Shown here: in pieces, positions 1-9,348 of the stretch
Layout: the number at the start of each line of letters is the position of its first letter
Position numbering within the stretch: position 1 is the first letter of the stretch
From: Phycisphaeraceae bacterium
Lineage (GTDB): Bacteria; Planctomycetota; Phycisphaerae; Phycisphaerales; Zrk34
Assembly: GCA_040905565.1 (NCBI GenBank)
Contig: JBBDRF010000071.1
Location: 18,968 to 82,967 of the forward strand
DNA length: 64,000 nucleotides
Reading direction: 5' to 3'
The notes under the pieces: generated by a model
Seen by the model: the letters and a program-made list of their open reading frames with translations, nothing else
Databases searched by the model: none
What the model was told of the DNA's origin: nothing
Made by a program: the position numbers and the translations under genes

Positions 1-161
1 CGGTTTTCGGGTTCACCGGCATTGCCGCCGGCGCTTCGGTGATCGCTCGTGTGCTGTTTTTCATCTTCGTCGTTGTTTTCATCATCTTCCTGGTCATGCA
101 CCTGTTGGGCGCGGCTGCGCCGGGGCAGATTGTCTGGCCAGGGATGGTGCCCGGGGCGTAG
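1..161 (+). CDS. DUF1328/UPF0391 small membrane protein (5' end outside window)
   Basis: Frame starting at nt 3 reads VFGFTGIAAGASVIARVLFFIFVVVFIIFLV... to TAG at 159-161; the GFTGIA motif is typical of the family. Not in the ORF track. Confidence 0.85.
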   Translation, partial: VFGFTGIAAGASVIARVLFFIFVVVFIIFLVMHLLGAAAPGQIVWPGMVPGA

Positions 162-399
162 CGGGTTGATGTGGGTTCGATGGTTCGAGGGCCTTGGGGC
201 AGCGTGTGCGAGAGTTGCAAGAGAACAGTGACCAGGGGGGTCTGCGGAAGCCCGCGCCGTGGGGGGAGCGGGCTTTCGCATTTTTTTTATTCGCGATCGA
301 GTTGGTTCATGCCGGTTTGAGCCGGTGTATTTTCCGCGTGCGCAGTTTCGCCGCCGCTCGCCGTCCGAGCCGGTCTGCAATCGCCTTGGAGGTATTGTG

Positions 400-735
400 A
401 TGAGGATCTACGTAGGGAACCTGAATTACGGCACGACTGAAGATCTGCTGCGTCAGGCGTTCGAGCAGTTTGGGGTGGTCGACGAAGTGGCGATCATCAC
501 GGATCGGGAGACCGGGCGTGCGCGGGGGTTCGGGTTCGTCACCATGGCCGATTCCGAGTCGGGCCACGGCGCGATCGAAGCGCTCAACGGGACCGAGTTC
601 GACGGCCGCAGGCTGAACATCAACGAAGCGCGGCCCCGGCCCCGCAGCAACGACGGCGGCGGGTTCGCGCGCGGCGGCGACGCCGGCCCACGCAGCAGCG
701 CCGGTGACGGCGGCGGCGGACGGCACGCCTGGTGA
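400..735 (+). CDS. RRM-domain RNA-binding protein with Gly-rich tail
   Basis: RNP2 IYVGNL and RNP1 RGFGFV; GGAGG at 388-392 before ATG 400. Confidence 0.95.
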   Translation: MRIYVGNLNYGTTEDLLRQAFEQFGVVDEVAIITDRETGRARGFGFVTMADSESGHGAIEALNGTEFDGRRLNINEARPRPRSNDGGGFARGGDAGPRSSAGDGGGGRHAW

Positions 736-754
736 CACGCCGGGCGATCATCTA

Positions 755-2620
755 TCAGGGACGCTGCGGCGCGGCGTCGTCGGGCTGATTGGGGTCGACG
801 AGGATGGCGGGGGTGAGGTCTTCCTCGTCGGCCTCGCGGTAGTCGCCGCCCGTCTCGGGGCGAATATCCTGAGTGTCCTCAGTGCCGCGTGATTCGATGA
901 TCCGCTCGTTCAGGCCGGTTTCCTGAAGCATGAGGGGGGCGTCGTAAAGCCCCTCGTCCTGCAAGCGGTGGAGGATGTAGGCGATCTCGCTGTAGCCCAT
1001 GCTGAGGCCGACTGTCTCGCTGTCGGGTTCGGGCTCGTAGGCCATCGCGCCGATCAGGTGGACGAGGCTGTTGGGCACAGTGGTGCGAATGGCGGCACCG
1101 CTTGCGGGCTGATAGAAAACGGCGATCTGATCGTCGTCCGAGTCAGCGCGAAGCATGAAGCTATTGCCCCACGCGCTGAAGAACAGCGGCTTAGCCAACT
1201 CGATGCGGTTGCCGAAGACGATGATCCGGGGCACGCCGCTCTGCGTGAGGTGGACGATCGGCTTCTGGGCGCGGGCGTGCGCCAACTCCAGTTTCCGCTC
1301 AAAACCGAAGCGCTGCACCGAGGGGTGTTCAACGGTGACGAGGGCTTTGTAGGCTGCGACGCGCACGGCGGGTAGGTCGTGGTCGAGTTGGCGACGCAGG
1401 AAGTCGCCCACGCGACTGAAGTCGGGCCGATGCTCAAGCAGGCCGCCCAGCAACTGTGCCGCCTGCTCCGCTGCTTCGGGGTCGTCGCCTTGAACGAGTT
1501 CCATCAGCGGCGAGGCGCTGCGGGTATCACGCAGGTAGCTGGCGGCGGAGAGCGCCGCGAGGCGGACCCGCTCGTTGGGGTGCTCGTACAGTTCACGCAG
1601 GTCGTCCACGATCGGCGTGCCCATGCCTTTGAAAGCGTAGACGACGTGGTCGAAGTACTCGCCGGCTTCGTCGTTTTCGAGCACCTCGACGAGGCGCTCG
1701 GCCCGCTGCTTGGCGTAGTCCTGCCGCGGGTTCATGTCCAGATGGGTGATGATCTCGAGCATCTCACGCGGATCGTCTTTCCACTGCTCAATCACATTGA
1801 TCTTGATGACGGTGTCGCTTTGGGGGACGGCGATGGGTTCCTTATCCTCCGGGCTTGGCGGAAAGGAGCCGTTGATGCGGTCGGCGATCTGGCGCGTCAG
1901 CAGGTAGCTCGGACGGGTGGTAACCAGTTGCAGCGGCATGTTCACCGAGCTTGTCCCGCCTCCGAGGATGCGGCCGACGGCGGGGTTGCGCTCGTTGGTG
2001 ATGTCGATCTCGAGCACGTCGGCGTCTTCCGTCGCCTGGCCTTCATCGGCGAAGGGGCTGCTGAAGACGGGACCGTTGCCGCGGGCGAGGGCGTTGACGG
2101 AGGTCGGGGTGAAGTTGCGGCCGCCTACGGTGAGGTCGGCCGTGTAGAGCGTGCCGCCTTGCACGCTGGTGGCCTGGGTTTCGGGAAGCGTGGAGATGAC
2201 CAGGTCGAAGCGTGTGCCGCTGGGCGCGCCGGGGGGGATGAACCCTTCGATGAGGACGATGGCGGTGGAGTCACGCGCGAGAACTTCCTCGGGGCTTTCG
2301 TCTTCGTAGCCGCTCTCGAAGCTGCCGAAGCCGCGCTTCGCCATCTCGCCGAGCATCCACTGGCGCAGCTGGGGGGGTGCGTCGGCGGAGCCGGTGCCGT
2401 CGAGGCCGACGACCAGTCCGTAGCCGCTGACGAGGACAGGCTCGTAGCCTTGGACGGAGGTGAGCGACCCGATGGTGCCTCGGAGGAATTCCGGCCCCCT
2501 GTAGGTGGGCGGCGGCGTCGCGTTGGTGCGCGCCTGCTCCGTGGACTGGCACGCGTTGAGTGCCATGGTGAGGGGGACGATCAATACGATAGCCGCTGCG
2601 AGTGATAGCTTATGGGACAT
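755..2620 (-). CDS. FlgI(P-ring)-like domain plus HEAT repeats, planctomycete-type lipoprotein
   Basis: Lipobox-like LNAC; VSGYGLVVGLDGTGS is the FlgI N-terminal motif; HEAT-like VRLAAL and VRVAAY segments. Start taken at MSHKLS. Confidence 0.8.
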   Translation of the reverse strand: MSHKLSLAAAIVLIVPLTMALNACQSTEQARTNATPPPTYRGPEFLRGTIGSLTSVQGYEPVLVSGYGLVVGLDGTGSADAPPQLRQWMLGEMAKRGFGSFESGYEDESPEEVLARDSTAIVLIEGFIPPGAPSGTRFDLVISTLPETQATSVQGGTLYTADLTVGGRNFTPTSVNALARGNGPVFSSPFADEGQATEDADVLEIDITNERNPAVGRILGGGTSSVNMPLQLVTTRPSYLLTRQIADRINGSFPPSPEDKEPIAVPQSDTVIKINVIEQWKDDPREMLEIITHLDMNPRQDYAKQRAERLVEVLENDEAGEYFDHVVYAFKGMGTPIVDDLRELYEHPNERVRLAALSAASYLRDTRSASPLMELVQGDDPEAAEQAAQLLGGLLEHRPDFSRVGDFLRRQLDHDLPAVRVAAYKALVTVEHPSVQRFGFERKLELAHARAQKPIVHLTQSGVPRIIVFGNRIELAKPLFFSAWGNSFMLRADSDDDQIAVFYQPASGAAIRTTVPNSLVHLIGAMAYEPEPDSETVGLSMGYSEIAYILHRLQDEGLYDAPLMLQETGLNERIIESRGTEDTQDIRPETGGDYREADEEDLTPAILVDPNQPDDAAPQRP

Positions 2621-2689
2621 GGGGGCTTCGCCGGTCAAGAGGGGACGGGGGTGCTTGGGGTGTACGTCTCTTGAGGCGGGCCCGCCGGT

Positions 2690-3649
2690 TCAAACTTCCA
2701 GACCCGCCAATGTTGCGGTGTCATTGTAGCAGCGCAGTCCTGCCGTCGCGCCAACTCCTGTGATGCAACAAGCGCCTGTTGCGGCGGCGAGCCGACCGGC
2801 TTCATCGAGCGGCATCCCCCGAAGTAACCCTGTCAGCAGCCCGGCGTAAAAGCTATCGCCTGCACCGGTTGTGTCCAGCAGATCGCCTGGGGGTTTGACC
2901 GCAGCGACCTCCACGTATTCGCCGGGGCGGTCACTTAGAAGCGCCCCGTCGGAACCGAGCTTCACGCCGACGACGCCCGAAGCCCCGCAACTGCGGAAGG
3001 CGCGGAGGATGTGTCGAGGGTCCGACTCGCCCGTCTGATGCTCCGCTTCCTTCTGGCTGGGGACGTAAACATCCAGGTGAGGCAGGATGCGATCCAGCGG
3101 CTGCATGCTTCCGCCGTCGCCGGCGGCATCGAGCGCGGTGCGGCAACCGCGCTCACGGACGGCCGCGAAGATCTCGGGCAGGTCCTGCTCCAGGTTCGGC
3201 ATCAGCGAGTAGTAGCCCAGCAACATCATGCGTGAGCGGGCGAAGAGATCGAGGTTGTCCATGTACGTCGCGACGTTCATCAGCTTGGGCGCGCCGACGC
3301 AGTGGGCGAAGGTGCGTTCGCCGGTGGGGTCGATCAGGACGGCTGTGGTGCTGGTCGAGGCGGTGGGATGAGTCAGCAGACGCGTCGCGTCGAGGTTCTG
3401 CGCCTCGTAGCGACGGCGTATGAGCGCAGCCCAGTCGTCGTCGCCGACGTAGCTGAACGCCGCCGCCCTCATGCCCAGCTTCGCCATGGCCGAGCCGCTG
3501 TTTGAAACGATACCGCCTGTCGCCAGCGTGATCGGCTCAACAGGCACCAACACCCCGCCGCCGATGGCGACGTCGAGTGGCACGGGCCTGACAAGCATGT
3601 CGATGACGCAGGATCCGCAGACGACGCAATCGATGGTTTTCTCGCTCAT
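2690..3649 (-). CDS. PfkB-family carbohydrate kinase
   Basis: GGIVSN, VGDDDW and DTTGAGDSF motifs. Confidence 0.95.
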   Translation of the reverse strand: MSEKTIDCVVCGSCVIDMLVRPVPLDVAIGGGVLVPVEPITLATGGIVSNSGSAMAKLGMRAAAFSYVGDDDWAALIRRRYEAQNLDATRLLTHPTASTSTTAVLIDPTGERTFAHCVGAPKLMNVATYMDNLDLFARSRMMLLGYYSLMPNLEQDLPEIFAAVRERGCRTALDAAGDGGSMQPLDRILPHLDVYVPSQKEAEHQTGESDPRHILRAFRSCGASGVVGVKLGSDGALLSDRPGEYVEVAAVKPPGDLLDTTGAGDSFYAGLLTGLLRGMPLDEAGRLAAATGACCITGVGATAGLRCYNDTATLAGLEV

Positions 3650-3694
3650 GGTCGAATTGTACACAATCTAGGCGTCGCGAGGAATCACCTTATT

Positions 3695-3946
3695 TTACTC
3701 TTCTTCCTCATCTGAGTAATGATTTTCCGCCATCCATTGCCGGACGATCTCGGTGGCGCGGTCGGCGTCGGATTTTCGGACGAGGACGCTGGTGCCTTGG
3801 TTGATGGAGGTCAGGCCGTCGAACGGGCTGGCGATCTGGTCGATCGTCGCCTGGATACCTTCGTTCTCCAGCGCCTGGTGGACCATTTCTGCTTCGCCCA
3901 TACCTGCCGCTTCGTAAACGTTTACGTCAAAATCTTCAGTGGTCAT
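3695..3946 (-). CDS. DUF2007-like small protein
   Basis: EAEMVHQALENEGIQA...VLVRKSDADRA pattern; AGGAG upstream of ATG 3946. Confidence 0.7.
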   Translation of the reverse strand: MTTEDFDVNVYEAAGMGEAEMVHQALENEGIQATIDQIASPFDGLTSINQGTSVLVRKSDADRATEIVRQWMAENHYSDEEEE

Positions 3947-5660
3947 CGCCGACTCCTTTGGGCGTTGATGATAAACCGGCGTCCCCCGTGCCGTCACGCG
4001 ACGGCGGATGAGCCTGGTGCTTTGCCGCGGCGGTCCGCCGAACCTTCGCCAGGGCCCGATGCTCGAGGCGCTGAGCACGCTCGACGGTCAGTTCAAGCTC
4101 CGCAGCGATCGCCGCTAACGGCTGCGGATCAAGATGATACTCCTCGCCGAGCCCGAGGTGTCGCGTGAGGACGAATCTTTCGCGATCGGTCAGCGTCGTC
4201 AGCAGGTGCGTCAGCTCGGCGGGCGTGGCGGAATTCAGTGCACCAGGCCAGTAGGCGGCGGTGGCACGTTCGAAGGTTTGAGCGGGCGGGATAGGGCGGG
4301 TCGGCCGGTGCGTGGTTCGGGTGAAGGTGGCGAATCGCCGCATCAGCGTCCAGCCGAGGTAGGCTTCGAAGCGGTTACGGCCGGCGGGGTCGTAGCTGTC
4401 GACAGCCTCGGCCAGCACCGCGTTGCCCTCAGCGAGAAGCTCATCAAGCGACGGGCCAAGTTCCTCCGAACGCGTCGCCAGGTGTTTGCGTGCGACGGAA
4501 ATGACCAACTTCTGATTCGCGCGCAGCAGCCTCAGCTTCGTCGCCAGTGCCCGGCGGAGCCAGGTCTCGATCTGATCAAGATCGCGGGCGTTCGGCTCGG
4601 AAGGATCAAGCTGATCACGCAGCCCCGCTGCCCGATACTTGAGATAGTTGTACTGGACGAACAGTGCCCGCTCGAAGGCCGCCGAGTGCCGTTCGCCGCG
4701 CTCGCGATGGCCGTTCCCCGCGTCGTCGTCAGGCTGCGACGTGGTGGAGGGGGCATGGTGGGGGGTGGCGTTGAGGATGATCTGAGCGGCGTCGGGCAGG
4801 TCGAATGTTGGCGAGGTGATGTAGCTGAGAGGTAGGTTCTGGATGGCGGCAGCACGCCGGCGATGCACCGCCCGGTAGATGCTGTTGCGGGACTTGCCGA
4901 ATCGTTTGGCCAGTTCGCCGGCCCCGATGCCACGCTGATAGGCGCGGTGGATGACGCGTTGCTGCTTCTCGCTCAGCGGCGGGACATGGCGGGGGAAGAT
5001 TGCGACGCGCGGGTCATGCTTGTCGTGACGCAGGAGCAGCTGCCTGACCGCTTCGGTGGAGCGTTCGAATTTCGGCGCGAGATGGCGTGCCGCCTGGAAC
5101 GGCGTCATCTCCGGCCGCCTGGCGATCAGGCGGCGGGCGCGCGTGATGATGGCGTGCTGGGTCGGTTCGTCGATGCGGCTGAAGGGGCGGGCATCATGCC
5201 GTGTTCCCCCACGGTGGGCGAGGAACTGCGCCACGCTGTCCGGCAAGAACGCCAGCCGTCTGCGGTTGTTCTCGTAAATCAGCCGTCGCCCGAACAAACC
5301 CTGCTTGCGATAACGTTGAATGGTTTTGCTGGTGACGTTCAGTTGCCGTTGCAACTGCTCAAGCGACAACGGCGGCGGCTCGTAATCGCTCACGTGTTCA
5401 TCGAGCGAAGCGGAAAGCTTGTCCGCAAGCGTCAGCAGATCCTGCCGCAGATCGTGGCCGGTCATCGTGCTTAATTCGAAAGTGTCAGGGCGATAGCGGG
5501 TGATGCGATACACCACGAAATCAAGCGGATAGTCACGCTCGGGTTCGACCTCCCAGTACAGCATTTCCGTACGGTCAAGGTGCGACCGTCGGCGTTTGGG
5601 CGGCGCGAAGGTCAACTGGCGTGCGAACTCGGCGAAGGGTTTGCTGACAAATCGCGTCAT
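3936..5660 (-). CDS. Sigma-70 family RNA polymerase sigma factor with long N-terminal extension (planctomycete type)
   Basis: Region 2 NQKLVISVARK...EGNAVLAEAVDSYDP and region 4 LTDRERFVL...ERAQRLEHRALAKVR; N-terminal YPLDFVVYRITRYRP. Confidence 0.85.
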   Translation of the reverse strand: MTRFVSKPFAEFARQLTFAPPKRRRSHLDRTEMLYWEVEPERDYPLDFVVYRITRYRPDTFELSTMTGHDLRQDLLTLADKLSASLDEHVSDYEPPPLSLEQLQRQLNVTSKTIQRYRKQGLFGRRLIYENNRRRLAFLPDSVAQFLAHRGGTRHDARPFSRIDEPTQHAIITRARRLIARRPEMTPFQAARHLAPKFERSTEAVRQLLLRHDKHDPRVAIFPRHVPPLSEKQQRVIHRAYQRGIGAGELAKRFGKSRNSIYRAVHRRRAAAIQNLPLSYITSPTFDLPDAAQIILNATPHHAPSTTSQPDDDAGNGHRERGERHSAAFERALFVQYNYLKYRAAGLRDQLDPSEPNARDLDQIETWLRRALATKLRLLRANQKLVISVARKHLATRSEELGPSLDELLAEGNAVLAEAVDSYDPAGRNRFEAYLGWTLMRRFATFTRTTHRPTRPIPPAQTFERATAAYWPGALNSATPAELTHLLTTLTDRERFVLTRHLGLGEEYHLDPQPLAAIAAELELTVERAQRLEHRALAKVRRTAAAKHQAHPPSRDGTGDAGLSSTPKGVGDDH

Positions 5661-5696
5661 CGTGCACCGGCCGAGTGGCGAAGAAAAGGGGCGGGG

Positions 5697-6551
5697 CTAG
5701 TCCGCGTCGGCGGTTTGCAGGTCCGGATAGATCAGCAGCGGGCGGTGGCGTTCGATCAGGTTCCACTTCGCTGCCCGGGCCCAGAATTCCTGCATCGCTT
5801 GAAGTTCGCGCGGGCCGACGGTGTAACGCAGCAGGTCGCGCATGTAGTGCGTCGCCAGCTGAACCGTCCAGCCGTGACGCTCGGCACACGCCGCGGCGAT
5901 GTCCTCGATGCGGTCGGCGTTCGCGCTACGCTGATTATCAAGCACGGCCGGGGCGGAACCCAGCGTTTCGTCGGCACGCATCATCCAGACGGCGAAGACG
6001 AACGGCAGCCCCGTCAGCGTCTTCCACGCACTGCCCAGATCGAGTTGATGGGCGTAAAGCTCATCCGGCGGGGAAGCGGTGACGACTTTGTCGCCGATCA
6101 GAAGCACCGCCTCGGGTCCGGTGGCCCAGTCGATCGAGGTATCGTGATCGAGCGATTCAACCGTGATCGCGTTGCCGTAGAGTTCCTGCATCAGCAGGCG
6201 AAGCAGCACGACGGAGGTATGACTGTGCGTGTCGGCCAGGACATGCGTGACGCGCTCGAGGGGCACGCGGCTGAACAGGCGTACGGTGAGCGTGGGGCCG
6301 TCGCATCCGATGCCGCCGACCGGCACGATCGTCAAAGGCTTATCCGAAAGCTGATAATCGATCACGGGGCACAGCGCCAGGTCGACTTCGCCAGCGGTAA
6401 GATCTTCCAGCAGGGCGGAGGGGACGTCATAGCGGACGGTCAGCTCGTGGTGGTCGTCCAGGCCGTCGATGAGCGGACGCGCGTTGAGGAAGCTGACGCA
6501 TCCGACGACGCACGCACCGTCGTGGTTCGGTTTCGTGGTGGGTAAGCTCAT
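5697..6551 (-). CDS. mqnA: Chorismate dehydratase (futalosine menaquinone pathway)
   Basis: VSFLNARPL, SHTSVVLL, LLIGD and DLGSAWKTLTGLPFVFAVW motifs. Confidence 0.92.
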   Translation of the reverse strand: MSLPTTKPNHDGACVVGCVSFLNARPLIDGLDDHHELTVRYDVPSALLEDLTAGEVDLALCPVIDYQLSDKPLTIVPVGGIGCDGPTLTVRLFSRVPLERVTHVLADTHSHTSVVLLRLLMQELYGNAITVESLDHDTSIDWATGPEAVLLIGDKVVTASPPDELYAHQLDLGSAWKTLTGLPFVFAVWMMRADETLGSAPAVLDNQRSANADRIEDIAAACAERHGWTVQLATHYMRDLLRYTVGPRELQAMQEFWARAAKWNLIERHRPLLIYPDLQTADAD

Positions 6552-6616
6552 GGCCTGCTATTGTAGCGAAACGGGCGGATCGCAGGCGAGCAGGCGGGAA
6601 CACAAGGGGAGCGACG

Positions 6617-7270
6617 ATGCAACACGGGGCACTGCTGATTTACGGAGCCGGCGGCCACGGACTGGTCGTGGCGGAATCGGCCGAGGCGGCGGGCTGGACC
6701 ATCGCAGGGTTTCTCGATGACGAACTGCCGCTGGAAACCCCGATCGGCGCATGGCAGGTCATCGGCCGAGGCGACCCCCCTCCCATCTTGCCCGACAAAC
6801 ATGCGGGGCAGGTGGGGGGGGTGATTGTTGGGGTGGGGGATAATGCAGCCCGGTGGCATCTGATGAACGTATTGCGCGCGGCGGGGGTGAAGCTGGCGAC
6901 GGTGATCGACCCGACGGCGAGGGTGAGTCCGTCAGCGGGAATCGAGCCCGGCGTGTACGTCGGCCCTTGTGCGGTGGTGAATGCCGAGGCGAAGGTCGGT
7001 GCGGGCACGATCATCAATTCCGCAGCAGTCGTCGAACATCACGTCAAGCTAGGCTTCGGCGTTCACGTGGCACCCGGGGCAGTGCTGACCGGGCGGGTTG
7101 TGCTGGAGGATCGGGCGATGGTGGGGGCGAATGCCACCGTGCTGCCCGGCCGGGTGGTGGGGGAGGAAGCGATCGTGGGCGCGGGGGCCGTGGTGACACG
7201 TGACGTGATGGCGCGCACCACCGTGATCGGTTGTCCTGCTTATGTGCCGGATGATGAAGGCGAAGGGTGA
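6617..7270 (+). CDS. NeuD/PglD-family hexapeptide sugar acetyltransferase
   Basis: IYGAGGHG followed by left-handed beta-helix hexapeptide repeats and VGAGAVVTRDV. Confidence 0.9.
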   Translation: MQHGALLIYGAGGHGLVVAESAEAAGWTIAGFLDDELPLETPIGAWQVIGRGDPPPILPDKHAGQVGGVIVGVGDNAARWHLMNVLRAAGVKLATVIDPTARVSPSAGIEPGVYVGPCAVVNAEAKVGAGTIINSAAVVEHHVKLGFGVHVAPGAVLTGRVVLEDRAMVGANATVLPGRVVGEEAIVGAGAVVTRDVMARTTVIGCPAYVPDDEGEG

Positions 7271-7288
7271 TCAGGGGTTCGGTCGCGT

Positions 7289-7363
7289 GTGCCACTGGTG
7301 GCGTGTTTACCAGTGCCCCGGCGCGCACCTTAGAAGCACTGGTGGGCAAGCCACCAGTGGCAC
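7289..7363. repeat. REP-like palindromic doublet between convergent genes
   Basis: GTGCCACTGGTGGC (7289-7302) and GCCACCAGTGGCAC (7350-7363) form a perfect 14-bp inverted repeat; each half also forms its own CACTGGT...ACCAGTG hairpin. Confidence 0.75.
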
Positions 7364-7423
7364 GCTGGCGGTGAGAACTCGGGCATGACCGGTTTGGGGA
7401 CAAACCGGCTCTTTTTGTGCTGC

Positions 7424-8773
7424 TCACTGGTTCAGGGTGCGAAGCTGGAAGCGGATCATGCCTCGGATGAATTCGACCTGCTGGGGGTCGAGTTCGCTGT
7501 CGCGGAAGTCCGCGGTGAAGGCGGGGAGCCATTGCACGTCGTCGCTGGGGTGGTAGTCCAATTCGTCGCGCAGCTGGCGGGCGAGATCGGGCATGTGGGC
7601 CGCCCCGTAGAAGACGCTGATCGCTTCGGGCGTGTTGTCTTCGTCTTCGATCAGATCGCGGAGGTCCTGCACGATGATGCGGTTGCGGTCGGTGATGAGC
7701 ACCCGCATCAGCTGACGCATGCTCGGCGCGAGGCCGGGCATCTCGGCGAGGTCGCCTTCGATCTGCCCCAGCACGTCGATCATGAGTAGCCGGGTGAACT
7801 GCTGCAGCCCGGGGCGTTGGGTCAGCAGGTTCTGGGCGAAGGTCATCAGCGTGTTGGTGAAGTCCGTGCCGTCGAGCATGCGAACGACTTCGTCGAGCTC
7901 CTCATCGTGATCGCCGAGTTCCGCTGCCCAAAGGGGGTCAGGCTGACGCTGCTCGAGGTCCGGTTCCCGGCCGTCCCGCCGGGCGGCGATGGCATTGGTG
8001 AGCTCGGTGAAGGACATGTCGCTGTGGCGGTAGTGGGGGCGGTCGTAGTTCATCACATCAAGCTGAAACACCAGCCCGAGGGCCGTGGCGATGCCCGGCT
8101 GCATCTGATTGCCCGTCGCGTTGATCTCGGCCGGCGTGAGAGGCGCGAAATCTTCGTGATAGTCAAGGTCGGCATCGGCTCCGTCGCCGCCCGGTTCGCC
8201 GTCCGCGCCGAGGCTTCTCAGTTCGTAGCCGTCTTCGGTGGGCTCATAGTGGAGGGGCCTGTCCCAGTTGTCGCGCGTGGCAGCCCGGGTCCAGCGAGCT
8301 TCGCCGGGTTCATGTTCCGCGACGTCGTTCAGCAGGGCGTCGACGTCGGCTGGGTAGGTGTTGTGCCGTTGGTGATAGCGTTCGAGCTGAATGGCGAGAA
8401 AGGTGATTGCGTGGCGGGTGCGAGCGGCCCGACGACCGTCCGCCTCCTCAAGGTCCGTGATGAACGGCGGCTGACCGATGCCTTCGAACAGCACCAGCGG
8501 CTGCTCGTCCAGATGCGTCTGCAACGCCTCGTAGTAGCCAGACTCGCCGACATGCACGACGCCAACGAGGTCGATGGCCGGCCGGTCGGGATCGGCGGAT
8601 TTGAAGCGGCGAATCGCAATCTCCAACTGAATCAGCTGAGGCTCGGGCTCAGCGGTGCGGACGAAGGCACGCAGGTCCGCCGGTTGCTCGTCGGCACCGG
8701 CGGGGGCGATGCTGATCAGCAGCGTGAGTACCGCGAGGCAGCGTAAGGCTTGCGATGTTGTAGCATGTGTCAT
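7424..8773 (-). CDS. Secreted protein, TraB-like scaffold with an inserted T2SS GspG-like domain
   Basis: Signal peptide; IDLVGVVHVGE...FEG and FYGAAHM flank DNWDRPLHY...YELRSLGADGEPGGDGADAD, a GspG C-terminal motif. Start uncertain. Confidence 0.65.
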   Translation of the reverse strand: MTHATTSQALRCLAVLTLLISIAPAGADEQPADLRAFVRTAEPEPQLIQLEIAIRRFKSADPDRPAIDLVGVVHVGESGYYEALQTHLDEQPLVLFEGIGQPPFITDLEEADGRRAARTRHAITFLAIQLERYHQRHNTYPADVDALLNDVAEHEPGEARWTRAATRDNWDRPLHYEPTEDGYELRSLGADGEPGGDGADADLDYHEDFAPLTPAEINATGNQMQPGIATALGLVFQLDVMNYDRPHYRHSDMSFTELTNAIAARRDGREPDLEQRQPDPLWAAELGDHDEELDEVVRMLDGTDFTNTLMTFAQNLLTQRPGLQQFTRLLMIDVLGQIEGDLAEMPGLAPSMRQLMRVLITDRNRIIVQDLRDLIEDEDNTPEAISVFYGAAHMPDLARQLRDELDYHPSDDVQWLPAFTADFRDSELDPQQVEFIRGMIRFQLRTLNQ

Positions 8774-8836
8774 GTTGAACAATTGTAGCTCGGCAGGGCG
8801 ACGAGGCGTTAGTTTCGGAGCAATCGTCATAACCGG

Positions 8837-8864
8837 TAAAGATTTCACGCCCGCAGGCCGATAG
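8837..8864 (+). promoter_or_regulatory. Putative sigma-28 (FliA)-type promoter for the PilZ gene
   Basis: TAAAGATT (8837-8844) and GCCGATAG (8857-8864), against consensus TAAAGTTT-N11-GCCGATAA; the spacer is one base long. Confidence 0.5.
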
Positions 8865-8929
8865 CTGAAGGTAGACGTTTCTCTGTTTCGTTTTTTTTGT
8901 GTCCTCCCTTTTGTATCCATGGAGCGGCC

Positions 8930-9316
8930 ATGACTGCTGCGCAACACCCGCGGGGCTTCGACGAAGCATCGACCAATCGCCGTCGGGCCACGCGTTGGCC
9001 TCTCGATGCCCCTTACACCACGCTTCGGGTCAGGCGGGAGAGCGATCCCGACACCGAATTTGATGGCCACGCTTACGACATCTCCATCGGCGGGATGCGG
9101 TTTGAGTTGGATATGGCGCTGCCGGTGGGTGAGCACGTGAATCTGGAACTGCTGCTGCCGGGCGAGCCTGTCACGGCCGTGCAGGGATCGGGGACGGTTG
9201 TGCGGCAACACGATCACGAGGAGGTCGGCCCGGTCCGCATGGCTGTCAACTTTACGCAGGTCGATCGCAGGGCGTTGGAAGCGTATCTCGCATCGCGGGC
9301 GCGCGATTCCCGGTAA
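8930..9316 (+). CDS. PilZ domain protein
   Basis: RRRATR (RxxxR) and DISIGG (DxSxxG) c-di-GMP motifs. Confidence 0.9.
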   Translation: MTAAQHPRGFDEASTNRRRATRWPLDAPYTTLRVRRESDPDTEFDGHAYDISIGGMRFELDMALPVGEHVNLELLLPGEPVTAVQGSGTVVRQHDHEEVGPVRMAVNFTQVDRRALEAYLASRARDSR

Positions 9317-9348
9317 TCTTTGTGTGTTCGGCGAGAGCGGTGGGGGGG

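Noticed and set aside
755..2620. True flagellar P-ring gene flgI
   Set aside because: Only the N-terminal part is FlgI-like; it has HEAT repeats and no flagellar gene neighbours.
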